A stretch of DNA of 64,000 nt from an uncultured Desulfosarcina sp. (GTDB taxonomy: Bacteria; Desulfobacterota; Desulfobacteria; Desulfobacterales; Desulfosarcinaceae): the NCBI GenBank assembly GCA_963674945.2, contig CAXXWQ010000004.1:3168001-3232000 (forward strand). Reading direction: 5' to 3'. This document shows positions 1 to 10,229 of the stretch, one piece after another (within the stretch, counting starts at the first letter, position 1; each line of letters opens with the position of its first letter). Below the pieces are notes generated by a model. The model saw only the letters and a program-made list of their open reading frames with translations. It searched no databases and was not told where the DNA came from. Both the position numbers and the translations under genes were made by a program.

Positions 1-657
1 GAGTAAGATGGCGATCGCCTCCTCCTTACGTAATTGTTCAATCATCGCATCGAGCTCCCTGGTCTCCTGAGCGTTCATGCCCGCCGCCGGTTCATCCAGT
101 AAAAGAAGGAAGGGGTCGGTGGCCATGGCACGCGCGATTTCCAATCGCCGCTGGGCACCGTAGGGAAGATTTTTTGCAAATTCGTTTACATATCGATCCA
201 AACCAAATTTTTCAAGTATTTGATAACTATCCGCGATGACTTGTTTCTCTTCCATCCTGGCACGCGGCGGACGAAAAATGGCGCCGGGAATACCGGTTCG
301 CATGCGACAATGCCGGCCGATCATAACGTTTTCCAACACCGTCATGTTTTGGAACAGACGAATATTTTGAAAGGTTCGGGCCATTCCCTTCTTTGTGACT
401 TGATCGGGCTTGAGCCCGTTGAGTCGGCTGGCATACCCATCTCTGTCTGTGAGGACGACATCCCCGGCAGAGGGCGTATAGATGCCGGTGATGCAGTTGA
501 ACAAGGTTGTCTTACCGGCACCGTTGGGACCGATCAAGGCGACGATTTCGTTCTGGTCGACTGTCAGATCCACTTGGTCCAGGGCCTTCAAACCGCCAAA
601 ATTCATGGTCAACTTGGTGAGCGTCAACACCGGTTTTGTCGATCGACTAGTTTCCAC
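1..657 (-). CDS. livG: Branched-chain amino acid ABC transporter ATP-binding protein; 3' end runs off the window
   Basis: Read by hand from GTG at 657: FGGLKAL...LIGPNGAGKTT (Walker A) and LPYGAQRRLEIARAMA...LLLDEPAAG; overlaps the livM stop. Confidence 0.9.
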   Translation of the reverse strand, partial: METSRSTKPVLTLTKLTMNFGGLKALDQVDLTVDQNEIVALIGPNGAGKTTLFNCITGIYTPSAGDVVLTDRDGYASRLNGLKPDQVTKKGMARTFQNIRLFQNMTVLENVMIGRHCRMRTGIPGAIFRPPRARMEEKQVIADSYQILEKFGLDRYVNEFAKNLPYGAQRRLEIARAMATDPFLLLLDEPAAGMNAQETRELDAMIEQLRKEEAIAILL

Positions 658-1903
658 GGCTTTTATCTTCACCTTTAAAACGATAGATTTTTCTTACGTC
701 ACTGATGATGCCGCCGGGGCGAAATACCATCATGATCACCAGAACCATGCCGAAAATCAGCATCCGATATTCGGAAAAGGCCCGAAAATATTCGGGAAGC
801 AGCTTTAAGGCAAAGGCACCACAGATAACGCCGATGATGGATCCCATGCCCCCGAGCACCACGCAACACAGAATGATGACCGACTCCCAGATGGTAAAAC
901 TGGCCGGATTGATGAAAGTGGTCTTGGCCGCGAACATCACACCGCCCATACCCGCCCACGTGGCACCCAAGGCAAAGGCGCTGAGCTTTGTAAGGGTTTT
1001 GTTGATCCCCATGGCCTGGCAGGCCACTTCATCTTCTCGAAGGGCCATCCATGCACGGCCGATGCGGGAGTCCTGGAGACGGCGGACCACGAAGATGGTG
1101 AACAGGGCCAATGCCACCATCAGGTAGTAGATATAGATGTGGTTCTGGTGCAGGGAAAGGGTTATGCCGAAGAAACCGGGCCGGGGTATGTTGGCGATGC
1201 CGCTGGGGCCGAAAGAAAATTCATTCCAGTTTTCCAGAATCAATCGAATGATTTCGCCGAAGCCCAATGTGACGATGGCCAGATAGTCTCCGCGCAACCG
1301 TAATACGGGAAAACCAAGCAATACACCGAAAACGAAACCCAGAGCGCCTCCGATGGGCAATGCCAGCCAGAACCCCACATCGAAATGGTAGTTGAGAAGG
1401 GCATAGGCATAGGCACCGACGGCGTAAAATGCGACATAACCGAGATCGAGCAGGCCGGCCAGCCCGACGACGATGTTCAGCCCCAGCGCTACGACCACAT
1501 AGATGAGGGCGGTGGTCATGATGTCGATTTGATAGAGGGACGTGACCAGAGGGAAAACCAGAAAAGCAATGCCGACGATGACGATTCCCGGCCTTGCGAA
1601 CCGGGGATCCTTGATCAACCGCTGGGGCAGGGTGAGGGCTTCCTGATCTCCCTCTTCGGCTTTTTTAATGCCCGCCTCCTTGCGCCGAATCAAGAAACGC
1701 CAGAGAAAGGAGAGAAAAAACGCCCCCACGCCGACATAAGCCATGCGGTGCCAGCGCCATTCGACGGTTTTATAGATTGTGTTGACGCGAATGACCATAA
1801 TGGGAAATGTCAGGAACATAAACCACATGCTGGTCAGAAGCGACTTTTTTACCTCATCCCAACGAAACATCGCGCTGGTTGTTGATTCGTCCGTGGTTGC
1901 CAT
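647..1903 (-). CDS. livM: Branched-chain amino acid ABC transporter permease
   Basis: GLNIVVGLAGLLDLGYVAFYAVGAY and LRLRGDYLAIVTLGFGEI motifs. Confidence 0.93.
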   Translation of the reverse strand: MATTDESTTSAMFRWDEVKKSLLTSMWFMFLTFPIMVIRVNTIYKTVEWRWHRMAYVGVGAFFLSFLWRFLIRRKEAGIKKAEEGDQEALTLPQRLIKDPRFARPGIVIVGIAFLVFPLVTSLYQIDIMTTALIYVVVALGLNIVVGLAGLLDLGYVAFYAVGAYAYALLNYHFDVGFWLALPIGGALGFVFGVLLGFPVLRLRGDYLAIVTLGFGEIIRLILENWNEFSFGPSGIANIPRPGFFGITLSLHQNHIYIYYLMVALALFTIFVVRRLQDSRIGRAWMALREDEVACQAMGINKTLTKLSAFALGATWAGMGGVMFAAKTTFINPASFTIWESVIILCCVVLGGMGSIIGVICGAFALKLLPEYFRAFSEYRMLIFGMVLVIMMVFRPGGIISDVRKIYRFKGEDKSRGN

Positions 1904-2019
1904 GGGATCGTTGTGGTCTCCTCATCCAAAGCGTGGGAAAATGGAATCGGTCGTCCATGTTGTAACGGCACCGGCATCATTTTCCAAATGTCCAATACCG
2001 CCATGCGGGGCACTACACT

Positions 2020-2172
2020 TTGATGAACTCGTTAAAATCTGTTTCGGACGGCTTCGTAACAAGTTCGAGATCAAGGATTGCGAACCCCGAGGAATGAGGC
2101 GTATTGTTGAATACGTCACAGTGACGAGGGGTGAAGCGTAACGCAGATATCGGACTTGTTACGAAGTCGTCA
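2020..2172 (+). repeat. Palindromic intergenic repeat, type A (MITE/REP-like)
   Basis: TTGATGAACTCGTTAAAA...CTTGTTACGAAGTCGTCA; similar to 22458-22596 and to the reverse complement of 16998-17151; its last 3 nt are the livH stop codon. Confidence 0.9.
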
Positions 2173-3078
2173 CACTTTGTCTGTTTCCTTTCTTCCCAGC
2201 AGTCCGGAAGGTCGAAAGATCAAAATGAGAACCAAAAAAAGAAAGGCAAATACGTCTTCATAGTCACTGGAGATGTAACCGGTAAAAAAACTCTCGGTCC
2301 ATCCCAACACCAGGCTTCCCAAAACGGCTCCGGGCATGCTGCCGATACCGCCCAAGACCGCTGCGACGAATGCCTTTATGCCGGCGATAAATCCGATGTA
2401 AAAATTGATCTGGCCGATATGGGAAGCGATCAATATGCCGCCTAGCGCCGCCGTCGCCGATCCCACGACGAAGGTCATGGAGATCACCTTGTCCACGTTC
2501 ACCCCCACCAGCATGGCCATCTCACGATCCTGGGATGTGGCACGCATGGCTTTTCCGATGCGGGTGAACTTAATCAAAAAGGTCAGCAGGACCATGACAA
2601 TTGCCGTGGTGATGTAGATGACAAGCTCCGATGACCGCACAATGTGCTCCACTGGTTTCAAAAAGGCGAAATCGGGGATCAAGTTGGGAAATGGGAGAAA
2701 ATCGGAGGTCTGGGCCAGCAGAACATAATTTTGTAAAAACAGACACATACCGATGGCGCTGATCAGTGCCGAAAGCCGTGGCGCCTTACGCAGCGGCTTG
2801 TAGGCGATTTTTTCCATGGTCCATCCATAGGATGCCGACCAGATCACCGCCGCCAAGGAGGCGATGACCAGGATAGCCAATGTATTCCAGCCGGCAAGGG
2901 TTAAAATTCCCACCACGATCAGACCGGTAAAGGCGCCGATCATGTAAATTTCGCCATGGGCGAAATTGATCAGCTCTATTATGCCGTATACCATGGTATA
3001 GCCCAATGCGATCATGGCATAAATGCTACCGCGGGTCAGCCCTCCCAGAAACATTTCAATAAAGTAATCGACGTTCAT
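2170..3078 (-). CDS. livH: Branched-chain amino acid ABC transporter permease
   Basis: GSIYAMIALGYTMVYGIIELINFAHGE motif. Confidence 0.94.
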   Translation of the reverse strand: MNVDYFIEMFLGGLTRGSIYAMIALGYTMVYGIIELINFAHGEIYMIGAFTGLIVVGILTLAGWNTLAILVIASLAAVIWSASYGWTMEKIAYKPLRKAPRLSALISAIGMCLFLQNYVLLAQTSDFLPFPNLIPDFAFLKPVEHIVRSSELVIYITTAIVMVLLTFLIKFTRIGKAMRATSQDREMAMLVGVNVDKVISMTFVVGSATAALGGILIASHIGQINFYIGFIAGIKAFVAAVLGGIGSMPGAVLGSLVLGWTESFFTGYISSDYEDVFAFLFLVLILIFRPSGLLGRKETDKV

Positions 3079-3142
3079 CTTACCGTCATCTCCTTACGAT
3101 AGCTGACCGGCGTGTTTTTATCTTTCTGAAAACCGTCTGTCC

Positions 3143-3187
3143 AAAAAAAACAAGTAGGGAACGGTTGTTTGTACTCCGTTCCCTACT
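3143..3187 (-). terminator. Intrinsic terminator or stabilising hairpin after livK
   Basis: 12-bp stem AGTAGGGAACGG/CCGTTCCCTACT followed by a T8 run on the minus strand. Confidence 0.8.
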
Positions 3188-3204
3188 GTTGGGCTCCAAA
3201 GAGC

Positions 3205-4368
3205 CTATTTTATTTCCACATAAACACCGTTTTGAACCTGGTACATGGCGAAACCGACGCCGATGGCATCTCCTTTTTCATCGAATTTGATGATTCCCAA
3301 GGGGGTGGCCACCCATTCGTTGCGCAGCACATTTACCATATCATCGTATTCGGTGGAACACGATTTTTCAATCGCATTGATCAACGCCAGGCTTGCGGCA
3401 TAGGCATTCAGGAAAAAGGCACCCGGATCATCGCCATATTTGGCTTTATGGGCCTCGATCGCCTCGATGGCGATGGGATTTTTCGAAGTGTCCATGGGGC
3501 CGGTGGCGTAGACGCCTTCCGCGTATTCGCCGGCGACTTTGATAAACGTGTCGTCTTTGACGCCGTCATCGGAAATAAAAATGGTATCCATGGCTTTCTT
3601 GCGCATCTGGGATACGATCTTGGATGCTTCGGGATGGTAGCCGCCGAAGATCACGGCTTGGGCTCCCGACTGTTTGATCTTGTTGACTACGGCAGAATAA
3701 TCCACGGCACCCGGGGTGACGCCTTCGTACAATACGACTTCTCCGCGGCTGTCGGCCTCGATGAAACCCTTGGCGAATTCGGCCAATCCTTTTCCGTAAT
3801 CGCCTTTGTCATGGAGGACGGCAACTTTGCTGAGCTTGAGGTTGCCCAATGCGAATTCGACCTCCAACTTTGCCTGGGCATCATCCGATGCGATGGTGCG
3901 GAAAAAGTTGGGATAATCGCCGCTTTGGGTCAATGCGGGGTTCGTTGCGGAGGGGGACATGGCCACGATATTCGAATCCTTGTAGATCCCCAGAGCGGCC
4001 TTGGTGGCACCAGAGCAGATATGCCCCAGTACGGCATTGACACCTTCACCGGTCACTTTCGTCGCGGAACTGGTGGCAATTTCCGGTTTACAGACATCGT
4101 CTTCCACAACCAGTTCGATTTTTCTTTCATTGATACCACAAAGGGCATTTCGACGATCCACTACCAGTTCGGCCGCCCGCGTCGTCGGTATTCCATAAGA
4201 TGCCAAGTCGCCACTGTGGGGACCGACAACGGCGATTTTTACTGGCGGCAGTTCGGCTTTTTCTTCCACTTTCGCCGTCTCTTCCTTCTGTGCGCAGGCG
4301 ACGACCATGGCGATGGATACAATTACCGCGATGAACAGTCCAAAAAAGCGCCAACGATTTTGATGCAT
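3205..4368 (-). CDS. livK: Branched-chain amino acid ABC transporter substrate-binding protein (likely lipoprotein)
   Basis: ATG at 4368 with a GGAGG RBS; VVAC lipobox-like motif; GHICSG, SPSATNP, FFRTIASDDAQ motifs. Confidence 0.92.
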   Translation of the reverse strand: MHQNRWRFFGLFIAVIVSIAMVVACAQKEETAKVEEKAELPPVKIAVVGPHSGDLASYGIPTTRAAELVVDRRNALCGINERKIELVVEDDVCKPEIATSSATKVTGEGVNAVLGHICSGATKAALGIYKDSNIVAMSPSATNPALTQSGDYPNFFRTIASDDAQAKLEVEFALGNLKLSKVAVLHDKGDYGKGLAEFAKGFIEADSRGEVVLYEGVTPGAVDYSAVVNKIKQSGAQAVIFGGYHPEASKIVSQMRKKAMDTIFISDDGVKDDTFIKVAGEYAEGVYATGPMDTSKNPIAIEAIEAHKAKYGDDPGAFFLNAYAASLALINAIEKSCSTEYDDMVNVLRNEWVATPLGIIKFDEKGDAIGVGFAMYQVQNGVYVEIK

Positions 4369-4756
4369 AATGTTTCCTCCTCGTTCTCCTTGCTGGTTGT
4401 AAATGCTTTTCTGCCCGATTGTTACTGCTTGTATAGAAGGGGTATCCGAAGTTGTCAAATATAATCACAATCCTTTCGAAAAGCAAAGCGGTTGGCAACC
4501 ATTCACATTTCCTTTTCATCAGAAAGGGTTTTTCGAATTCTTCCATTTACCGACAACCGAAAGGGAAGAGCCGAAGGAAAGTGAAAGAAAAATCTTTTAT
4601 GCCTGCGGAAGCGGATTTTTCCGAGTAACCATCTTGCCCTTGACACCACTTCGTATATAGGAGAAATATCGATCATTCGTAATCCACGAACCTTTCGTAT
4701 TCACCCCGGTTCATTGGAAATGAACGATCGTATCATCCGTGGGAAATTGGCCCATC

Positions 4757-5614
4757 ATGAAAAAGAACATCGGCCTGATTGTCAAAGACGAAGAAAACGC
4801 GCGACTGCAAGCCGACCGTTTCGAAAGGTGGCTGGTGAAAAGAGGTATTGCCGTGATTCGGCGGCAAAGTGGCATCCATGGCGTCGAATCCATGGCCCCG
4901 TCGCAAAAATTTTCGCTGCCTCCCCTTTTTTGTATTTTCGTGTTGGGGGGGGACGGAACATTTTTAAGTGCCGTTCGCTGGATTAAAGATCGACAAATCC
5001 CCATCATCGGAGTGAAGTTTGGAGAAGTGGGGTTCCTGGCCGAGGCCACGGAGGACCGGCTGTGTGATGTCGCCGAAGCGATTCTGGACAACCGATTTGC
5101 CATCCGGGCACAAATGCGTCTCTCCATTCAAACCTTTCGTGACGGTGTGGAGATCACCAAAGAATCCGCATTTAATGATGTGGTCATCAACAAGGGGGCC
5201 CTGGCGCGTCTGGCCAGGATTCGTACCCACATCGACGATCAGTTTCTCACCGACTATCGCGCCGATGGACTCATCGTGGCCACACCCACCGGATCAACGG
5301 CATATTCTCTTGCGGCGGGCGGGCCCATCATTCACCCGACGGTTCCCGGAATTCTGATCACCCCCATTTGTCCTTTTACCCTTACCAATCGTCCCTTGAT
5401 GGTTCCGGACACATCCACCATCACGATTCGTGTTGCCGAGGATACCGAAGACATCATGCTTACCTGTGATGGCCAAGTGGGAATACAAATCGACGCACGG
5501 GACACGGTCGTCATCAAAAAGAGCACCACGCCGGTTCTGATGATCACCCTGCCTGAGCAGAACTATTACGACGTACTCAAGGCGAAACTGAAATGGAGTG
5601 GCAGCCGTGTTTAA
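4757..5614 (+). CDS. nadK: NAD(+) kinase
   Basis: GGDGT, NDVV and ADGLIVATPTGSTAYSLAAGG motifs. Confidence 0.95.
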   Translation: MKKNIGLIVKDEENARLQADRFERWLVKRGIAVIRRQSGIHGVESMAPSQKFSLPPLFCIFVLGGDGTFLSAVRWIKDRQIPIIGVKFGEVGFLAEATEDRLCDVAEAILDNRFAIRAQMRLSIQTFRDGVEITKESAFNDVVINKGALARLARIRTHIDDQFLTDYRADGLIVATPTGSTAYSLAAGGPIIHPTVPGILITPICPFTLTNRPLMVPDTSTITIRVAEDTEDIMLTCDGQVGIQIDARDTVVIKKSTTPVLMITLPEQNYYDVLKAKLKWSGSRV

Positions 5615-5696
5615 CCCGAGTTTAATAAACAAAGGTGCTTTTAATTTTTCAAGGTTCATGGTAGCAATTACATAACTTTCCTGAAATGAAAAAACG

Positions 5697-7037
5697 ATGA
5701 AAGGAGAAAACATGGTACATGTAAGGGGTCGTTTGTTGTTTCTCTTGATCGCAGTAAATGGTTTACTCCTTTTTTCTGTGAGCAGCGCCATGGGATCCGG
5801 GGTCGCCATCATCGAACAGAGTGCCTCCATGGCAGGATATGCCTATGCCGGGGCGGCGGCGGCGGCACAGGATGCCAGCACCCTTTTTTTCAATCCGGCG
5901 GGCATGGCCAAATTCGACCAAAACGAAGTGCAGGCGGGCGTACACTATCTTCTCGTCACCAGTGACTTCACGAATCAAGGATCCACCAACTTCTGGGGTG
6001 CGCCACTTACAGGTCCAGACGATGACGGCGGAGAAAACGCGCTGGTACCCAACTTATACTACATCCACAGCATCTCGGAGCAATGGAAGGCCGGCATCGC
6101 TGTAACCGCGCCTTACGGGCTGGCCACGGAGTATGAAGAGGGCTGGGTGGGACGGTACCATGCCCTTCGATCGGAACTGACCACCTACAACATCAATCCA
6201 TCGATGGCGTACAAGTTCAACGAACAGTGGGCCGTGGGAGTCGGCGTAAGTATCGAGTATGCAGAGGCGGAACTGAGCAGTGCCGTCGATTTTGGCGCCG
6301 CCGCGGGCGTTCCGTCTTTGTCCCAGACCCTGGACGGCAAGGCGACGGTGACAGGCGACGACTGGAATTTCGGCGGCAACATCGGCCTGCTCTATGAACC
6401 GATGGTGGGCACCCGACTGGGGCTGCACTACCGTTCACAGATCAATCACAAGCTCGAAGGCGACGCCGACTTCACCGTACCGGATTCCATCAGGTCCGTA
6501 GCCGAAGCAGCCGGATATTACGATACCGGTGGGTCTGCCCAAATCACCCTGCCGGACACCGTTTCGTTCAGTGCCTACCACGACATCAACGAAAAATGGG
6601 CAATTCTGGCGGATGTCACTTGGACCCATTGGAGCCTTTGGAATGAAATACGGGTCAAGATCGAAAGTGACGCCGATGACAGCGTCACCACGCTGGACTG
6701 GGATGATACCTTCCGGTATGCCCTCGGTGCGGTCTACAAAGCCACGGATCCGTTGGTATTGAGAGCCGGCGTGGCCTTCGACGAGTCTCCCATTCCCGCC
6801 GCCAAGAACCGAACGCCGCGGTTGCCGGGCGCAGATCGGATCTGGGTCACGCTGGGAGGCGGCTATCAATTTTCCAACGGGTTCAGGGTCGATGCTGCCT
6901 ACGCCCATCTCTTCGTGGATGATCCGGAGATCGATAAAGATCTCAGCGATCCGGAAAACGAACTGCGTGGTGCACTGGTCGGTGAGTACGATGCCGCTGT
7001 GGATATCATCAGCGCGTCCGTCTCCTATCAGTTCTGA
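5697..7037 (+). CDS. fadL: FadL/OmpP1-family outer-membrane long-chain fatty acid transporter
   Basis: Signal peptide, DASTLFFNPAG hatch motif, PYGLATEY, C-terminal YQF. Confidence 0.88.
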   Translation: MKGENMVHVRGRLLFLLIAVNGLLLFSVSSAMGSGVAIIEQSASMAGYAYAGAAAAAQDASTLFFNPAGMAKFDQNEVQAGVHYLLVTSDFTNQGSTNFWGAPLTGPDDDGGENALVPNLYYIHSISEQWKAGIAVTAPYGLATEYEEGWVGRYHALRSELTTYNINPSMAYKFNEQWAVGVGVSIEYAEAELSSAVDFGAAAGVPSLSQTLDGKATVTGDDWNFGGNIGLLYEPMVGTRLGLHYRSQINHKLEGDADFTVPDSIRSVAEAAGYYDTGGSAQITLPDTVSFSAYHDINEKWAILADVTWTHWSLWNEIRVKIESDADDSVTTLDWDDTFRYALGAVYKATDPLVLRAGVAFDESPIPAAKNRTPRLPGADRIWVTLGGGYQFSNGFRVDAAYAHLFVDDPEIDKDLSDPENELRGALVGEYDAAVDIISASVSYQF

Positions 7038-7112
7038 TGAGCCTGCTTTTGGGGTAACAGACGCGACAAAACGAACGTGCATCCAGAAGATCGGCCGGAT
7101 GCCAAGGGCAAG

Positions 7113-8354
7113 ATGTCAAACCGCGTTGTCATAACGGGCCGGGGGACCATCAATGCCATCGCAAAAAATGCCCAGACCTTTGCCCGGGCATTGATGGCGG
7201 GCCATTGCGGTATCGGCCCCCTGACCCTCTTCGACACCGCCGATTTTCGAACCCGCACCGGCGCCCAGGTGATGGATTTCGATCCTGGGAACCATATTCC
7301 CGGACGATTTTCCGTAAAACGCATGTCCCGTTCTGATCAAATGGCAATGGCCGCCGCACTGGAGGCCCTTTTCGAAGCGGGCCTGTTTCCCATGCCGGAT
7401 AAGGTTGCCGCCCGTACCGGTGTCATCATCGGCGGCGGGGCCGGGGGCATGCTGGAGTGCGAACCGGTTTTCGCCCGGTACCTGGACCATGGCGTCGCCC
7501 GTATGCCCGCTTCCCCCTTTGCCAGCTTCTCATGCGCCTCGTCGGCCGACCATATCGCCACCCATTTACACCTGGCCGGTCCCAAGACCACCTTCATGAC
7601 GGCCTGCTCCTCCGGTGCCACGGCCATCGGCTTCGCCAGGGACCTGATCCGATCGAAGGCCGCCGCCGTCGTCGTATGTGGCGGCACCGAACCCCTTTGT
7701 CGTATCACCTATGCGTCGTTTAACGCCCTGCAGGCGGTGGATCCGGATTTTTGCAAACCCTTTGATCGGAATCGACGGGGTTTGTCCCTGGGAGAGGGGG
7801 CGGGAATCCTGGTCCTGGAATCGGAAGATCATGCCATGAAGCGAGGTGCGCGGATCTTCGGCGAAGTTCTCGGTTGCGGAATCAGCTGCGACGCCGGTCA
7901 CATGACCGCTCCGGACCCCATGGGAACCGGAGCCGCGACGGCCATGGTGGCTGCGTTGACCGATGCCGGTATCGGACCCGATGACGTGGATTACATCAAC
8001 GCCCACGGCACGGCCACACCGGCAAACGACCAAATGGAGGTCCGTGCCATTCGGACCGTCTTTGGGCTCAGGGCAGACAAGATTCCGGTCAGTTCCACAA
8101 AGTCTATGATCGGCCATACCCTGGGGGCGGCCGGTGCCATCGAAGCGGTTGCCTGCATGCTGGCCATCGAAAACGGGTTCGTTCCGCCCACCGTCCACCA
8201 TGAAGTGCCCGATGACGCCTGCAGCCTGGATTTCGTACCAGGTGTTTCCAAAGATGCCTGCCTGAAAACGGTGCTCTCCAACTCCTTCGCCTTCGGAGGG
8301 AACAACACCTGCCTCGTTTTATCCGGCTATCATGAATCCGGAAAGGCGACATGA
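7113..8354 (+). CDS. Beta-ketoacyl-ACP synthase (FabF-like KS, catalytic residues intact)
   Basis: TACSSG (catalytic Cys), NAHGTAT and GHTLGAAG (both His), SNSFAFGG. Confidence 0.92.
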   Translation: MSNRVVITGRGTINAIAKNAQTFARALMAGHCGIGPLTLFDTADFRTRTGAQVMDFDPGNHIPGRFSVKRMSRSDQMAMAAALEALFEAGLFPMPDKVAARTGVIIGGGAGGMLECEPVFARYLDHGVARMPASPFASFSCASSADHIATHLHLAGPKTTFMTACSSGATAIGFARDLIRSKAAAVVVCGGTEPLCRITYASFNALQAVDPDFCKPFDRNRRGLSLGEGAGILVLESEDHAMKRGARIFGEVLGCGISCDAGHMTAPDPMGTGAATAMVAALTDAGIGPDDVDYINAHGTATPANDQMEVRAIRTVFGLRADKIPVSSTKSMIGHTLGAAGAIEAVACMLAIENGFVPPTVHHEVPDDACSLDFVPGVSKDACLKTVLSNSFAFGGNNTCLVLSGYHESGKAT

Positions 8355-9583
8355 AGCATCGGGTGGTGGTGACCGGGCTGGGGGTGGTAACGCCCATCGG
8401 TATCGGCCGTGATGCTTTCGCCGAAAATCTTCTTGATGGCAAAAGTGGCATTGGTTCTGTCGAGGGCTTTGACGCAAAATCGAATGCCCTGCGGCTGGCC
8501 GCCCGGGTGCGTGACTTCGAACCGGCCGATTTCATCTGCAGCCGAAACCTTCGGCGTATGGATCGCCTTTCCCAGATGATCACCGCATCGGCGAAAATGG
8601 CCTTGACGGACGCGGGTTTGGATCCGACGAAAGTGGATCCGGACCGCACGGGGATCGTCATGGGAACGGCATTTGGCGCAACCGATGTGGTCACCCGTTT
8701 CGCAACCACGCTCTTCACCGAGGGGCCCCGCCGGGTCAACCCCATTCTCGTGCCCAATACGGTGATGAACGCACCGGCCGGGCATGCGGCCATCGAGCTT
8801 GGACTTACGGGCATCAATACCACATTAAACCACCGGGAGGCATCGGCAGAGGCGGCCATCGCCTATGCGGCCATGCAAATCCAACTGGGACGGGTCGATG
8901 TCGTTTTGACTGGCGGTGGTGACATTCTGTCGCCATTTTTCGTCTCCATGCTGGAACGGTTCCGGGCCCTGTCTCCCCAAAACGGTGGGCAAGAAGGGGC
9001 CCGCCCTTTTGACGTGGATCGAAACGGCCCCGTAGCGGGAGAGGGGAGTGGGGTGCTCTGCCTGGAATCGATGGAATCGGCGCGACGGCGGGAGGTGCCC
9101 GTCTATTGCGAGATCGACGGCTGGGCCATGGGCGCCGCACCGGCGCCTGCCAATGATTGGCCGGAGGATCCATCCGCCATGGTTGCCACAATGGGCGGTG
9201 CCATGACCATGGCAGGCGTGGACTCTGCGCAGGTGGATGTCGTTTCCGCCGCGGCAAACGGCGGCATCCGATCCGACCGGCTGGAAGCGGCCGCTCTGGA
9301 TCAAATCTTCTCCGGTGATCGGCTACCGCTGGTCACTTCCATCAAGGGCGGCTTGGGAGAAAATTTCGCATCCGGCGGTATACGCGCGGTGGCCATGGCC
9401 ATTTCCATTGAACGTGGTATGGTGCCGCCTACCATCGGCCTGGATCAATCCATCACCGCACTGCCGGTGGTGAAACACAAAAGCCGCAAGCAGGTGGTCA
9501 ACCGAGGACTGATCAACGCCTGTGCTTCCGGCGGAACATTCGTTACGCTTTCCTTTAAAAAGTTTTTACATTGTTTCCGATGA
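8351..9583 (+). CDS. Ketosynthase-like chain-length factor (non-catalytic KS partner)
   Basis: KS fold motifs, but the Cys position reads HREASA and the His motifs read SAAANG and GENFASG; ATGA overlap with the KS gene. Confidence 0.82.
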   Translation: MKHRVVVTGLGVVTPIGIGRDAFAENLLDGKSGIGSVEGFDAKSNALRLAARVRDFEPADFICSRNLRRMDRLSQMITASAKMALTDAGLDPTKVDPDRTGIVMGTAFGATDVVTRFATTLFTEGPRRVNPILVPNTVMNAPAGHAAIELGLTGINTTLNHREASAEAAIAYAAMQIQLGRVDVVLTGGGDILSPFFVSMLERFRALSPQNGGQEGARPFDVDRNGPVAGEGSGVLCLESMESARRREVPVYCEIDGWAMGAAPAPANDWPEDPSAMVATMGGAMTMAGVDSAQVDVVSAAANGGIRSDRLEAAALDQIFSGDRLPLVTSIKGGLGENFASGGIRAVAMAISIERGMVPPTIGLDQSITALPVVKHKSRKQVVNRGLINACASGGTFVTLSFKKFLHCFR

Positions 9584-9716
9584 ACGATTGTTTTGAAGAT
9601 CGATGTTTGAAACGATATCGTTTGGTTTAGATTAACATGGCATGAATATTGAATTTTTCCTTCCATAGGGAGCCGAATTCTTGATGACGTATCGGACAAC
9701 AAGGGAGGAAAAAGCC

Positions 9717-9965
9717 ATGAAAAATTCAGCCCACACCCATGCGACGACAGTGGAAATGGAAGTTTGCCCCTATTGTTATGCTGAAACAAGCATCAATCCG
9801 CCCATCAATTTTGCGCCGGTATTTGTCTTCTGCGACGTGTGCAACGCCAAATTCATCGTGGAGCGCCATTCAGACGGGTTTGATGTGATGACCATAGAGG
9901 AGGCGCCCTGCCTAAGCAATCCCGACTGCATCGAACTGGAGATGGGTGGCTGTGACGAAGAGTAA
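9717..9965 (+). CDS. Small acidic Cys-rich (zinc-ribbon-like) protein
   Basis: GGAGG RBS; CPYC and CDVC plus three further Cys. Confidence 0.75.
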   Translation: MKNSAHTHATTVEMEVCPYCYAETSINPPINFAPVFVFCDVCNAKFIVERHSDGFDVMTIEEAPCLSNPDCIELEMGGCDEE

Positions 9966-10104
9966 GCTTTTTGTGATCGCTCTGCGGGTAGGTGATGATC
10001 TCGTGCGTGTAACGTTATATAACGGTGTTCAATAGTTATCGTAACGGTTTTGGTCGCAAGATCACGACTCATCACCCTGTCATTTGTTACAATGGCCGTC
10101 AACG

Positions 10105-10226
10105 TTGGTGATCTCGCAAAAAGCTTTTCCCTCGTTTCCGTCTACCTGCAAAAAAATAATAACGAGTTTCTTGCATGCGATTGTTTGGCCATATTTGGCC
10201 TGGAAAAGCTTTTTACGAATCCGTCA
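10105..10226 (+). repeat. Palindromic intergenic repeat, type B
   Basis: TTGGTGATCTCGCAAAAAGCTTTTCC...GGAAAAGCTTTTTACGAATCCGTCA; core matches about 22640-22751 and 45418-45517. Confidence 0.9.
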
Positions 10227-10229
10227 GAG

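Noticed and set aside
1922..2119. Short ORF containing RLIPRGSQSLISN, echoed in ORF 22005..22664
   Set aside because: Both are translations of the type A repeat, not real paralogues.
3169..4464. 431-aa plus-strand ORF, and similar long ORFs at 13781, 19241, 30219, 32773 and 45601
   Set aside because: Antisense shadows of well-supported genes; no recognisable motifs.
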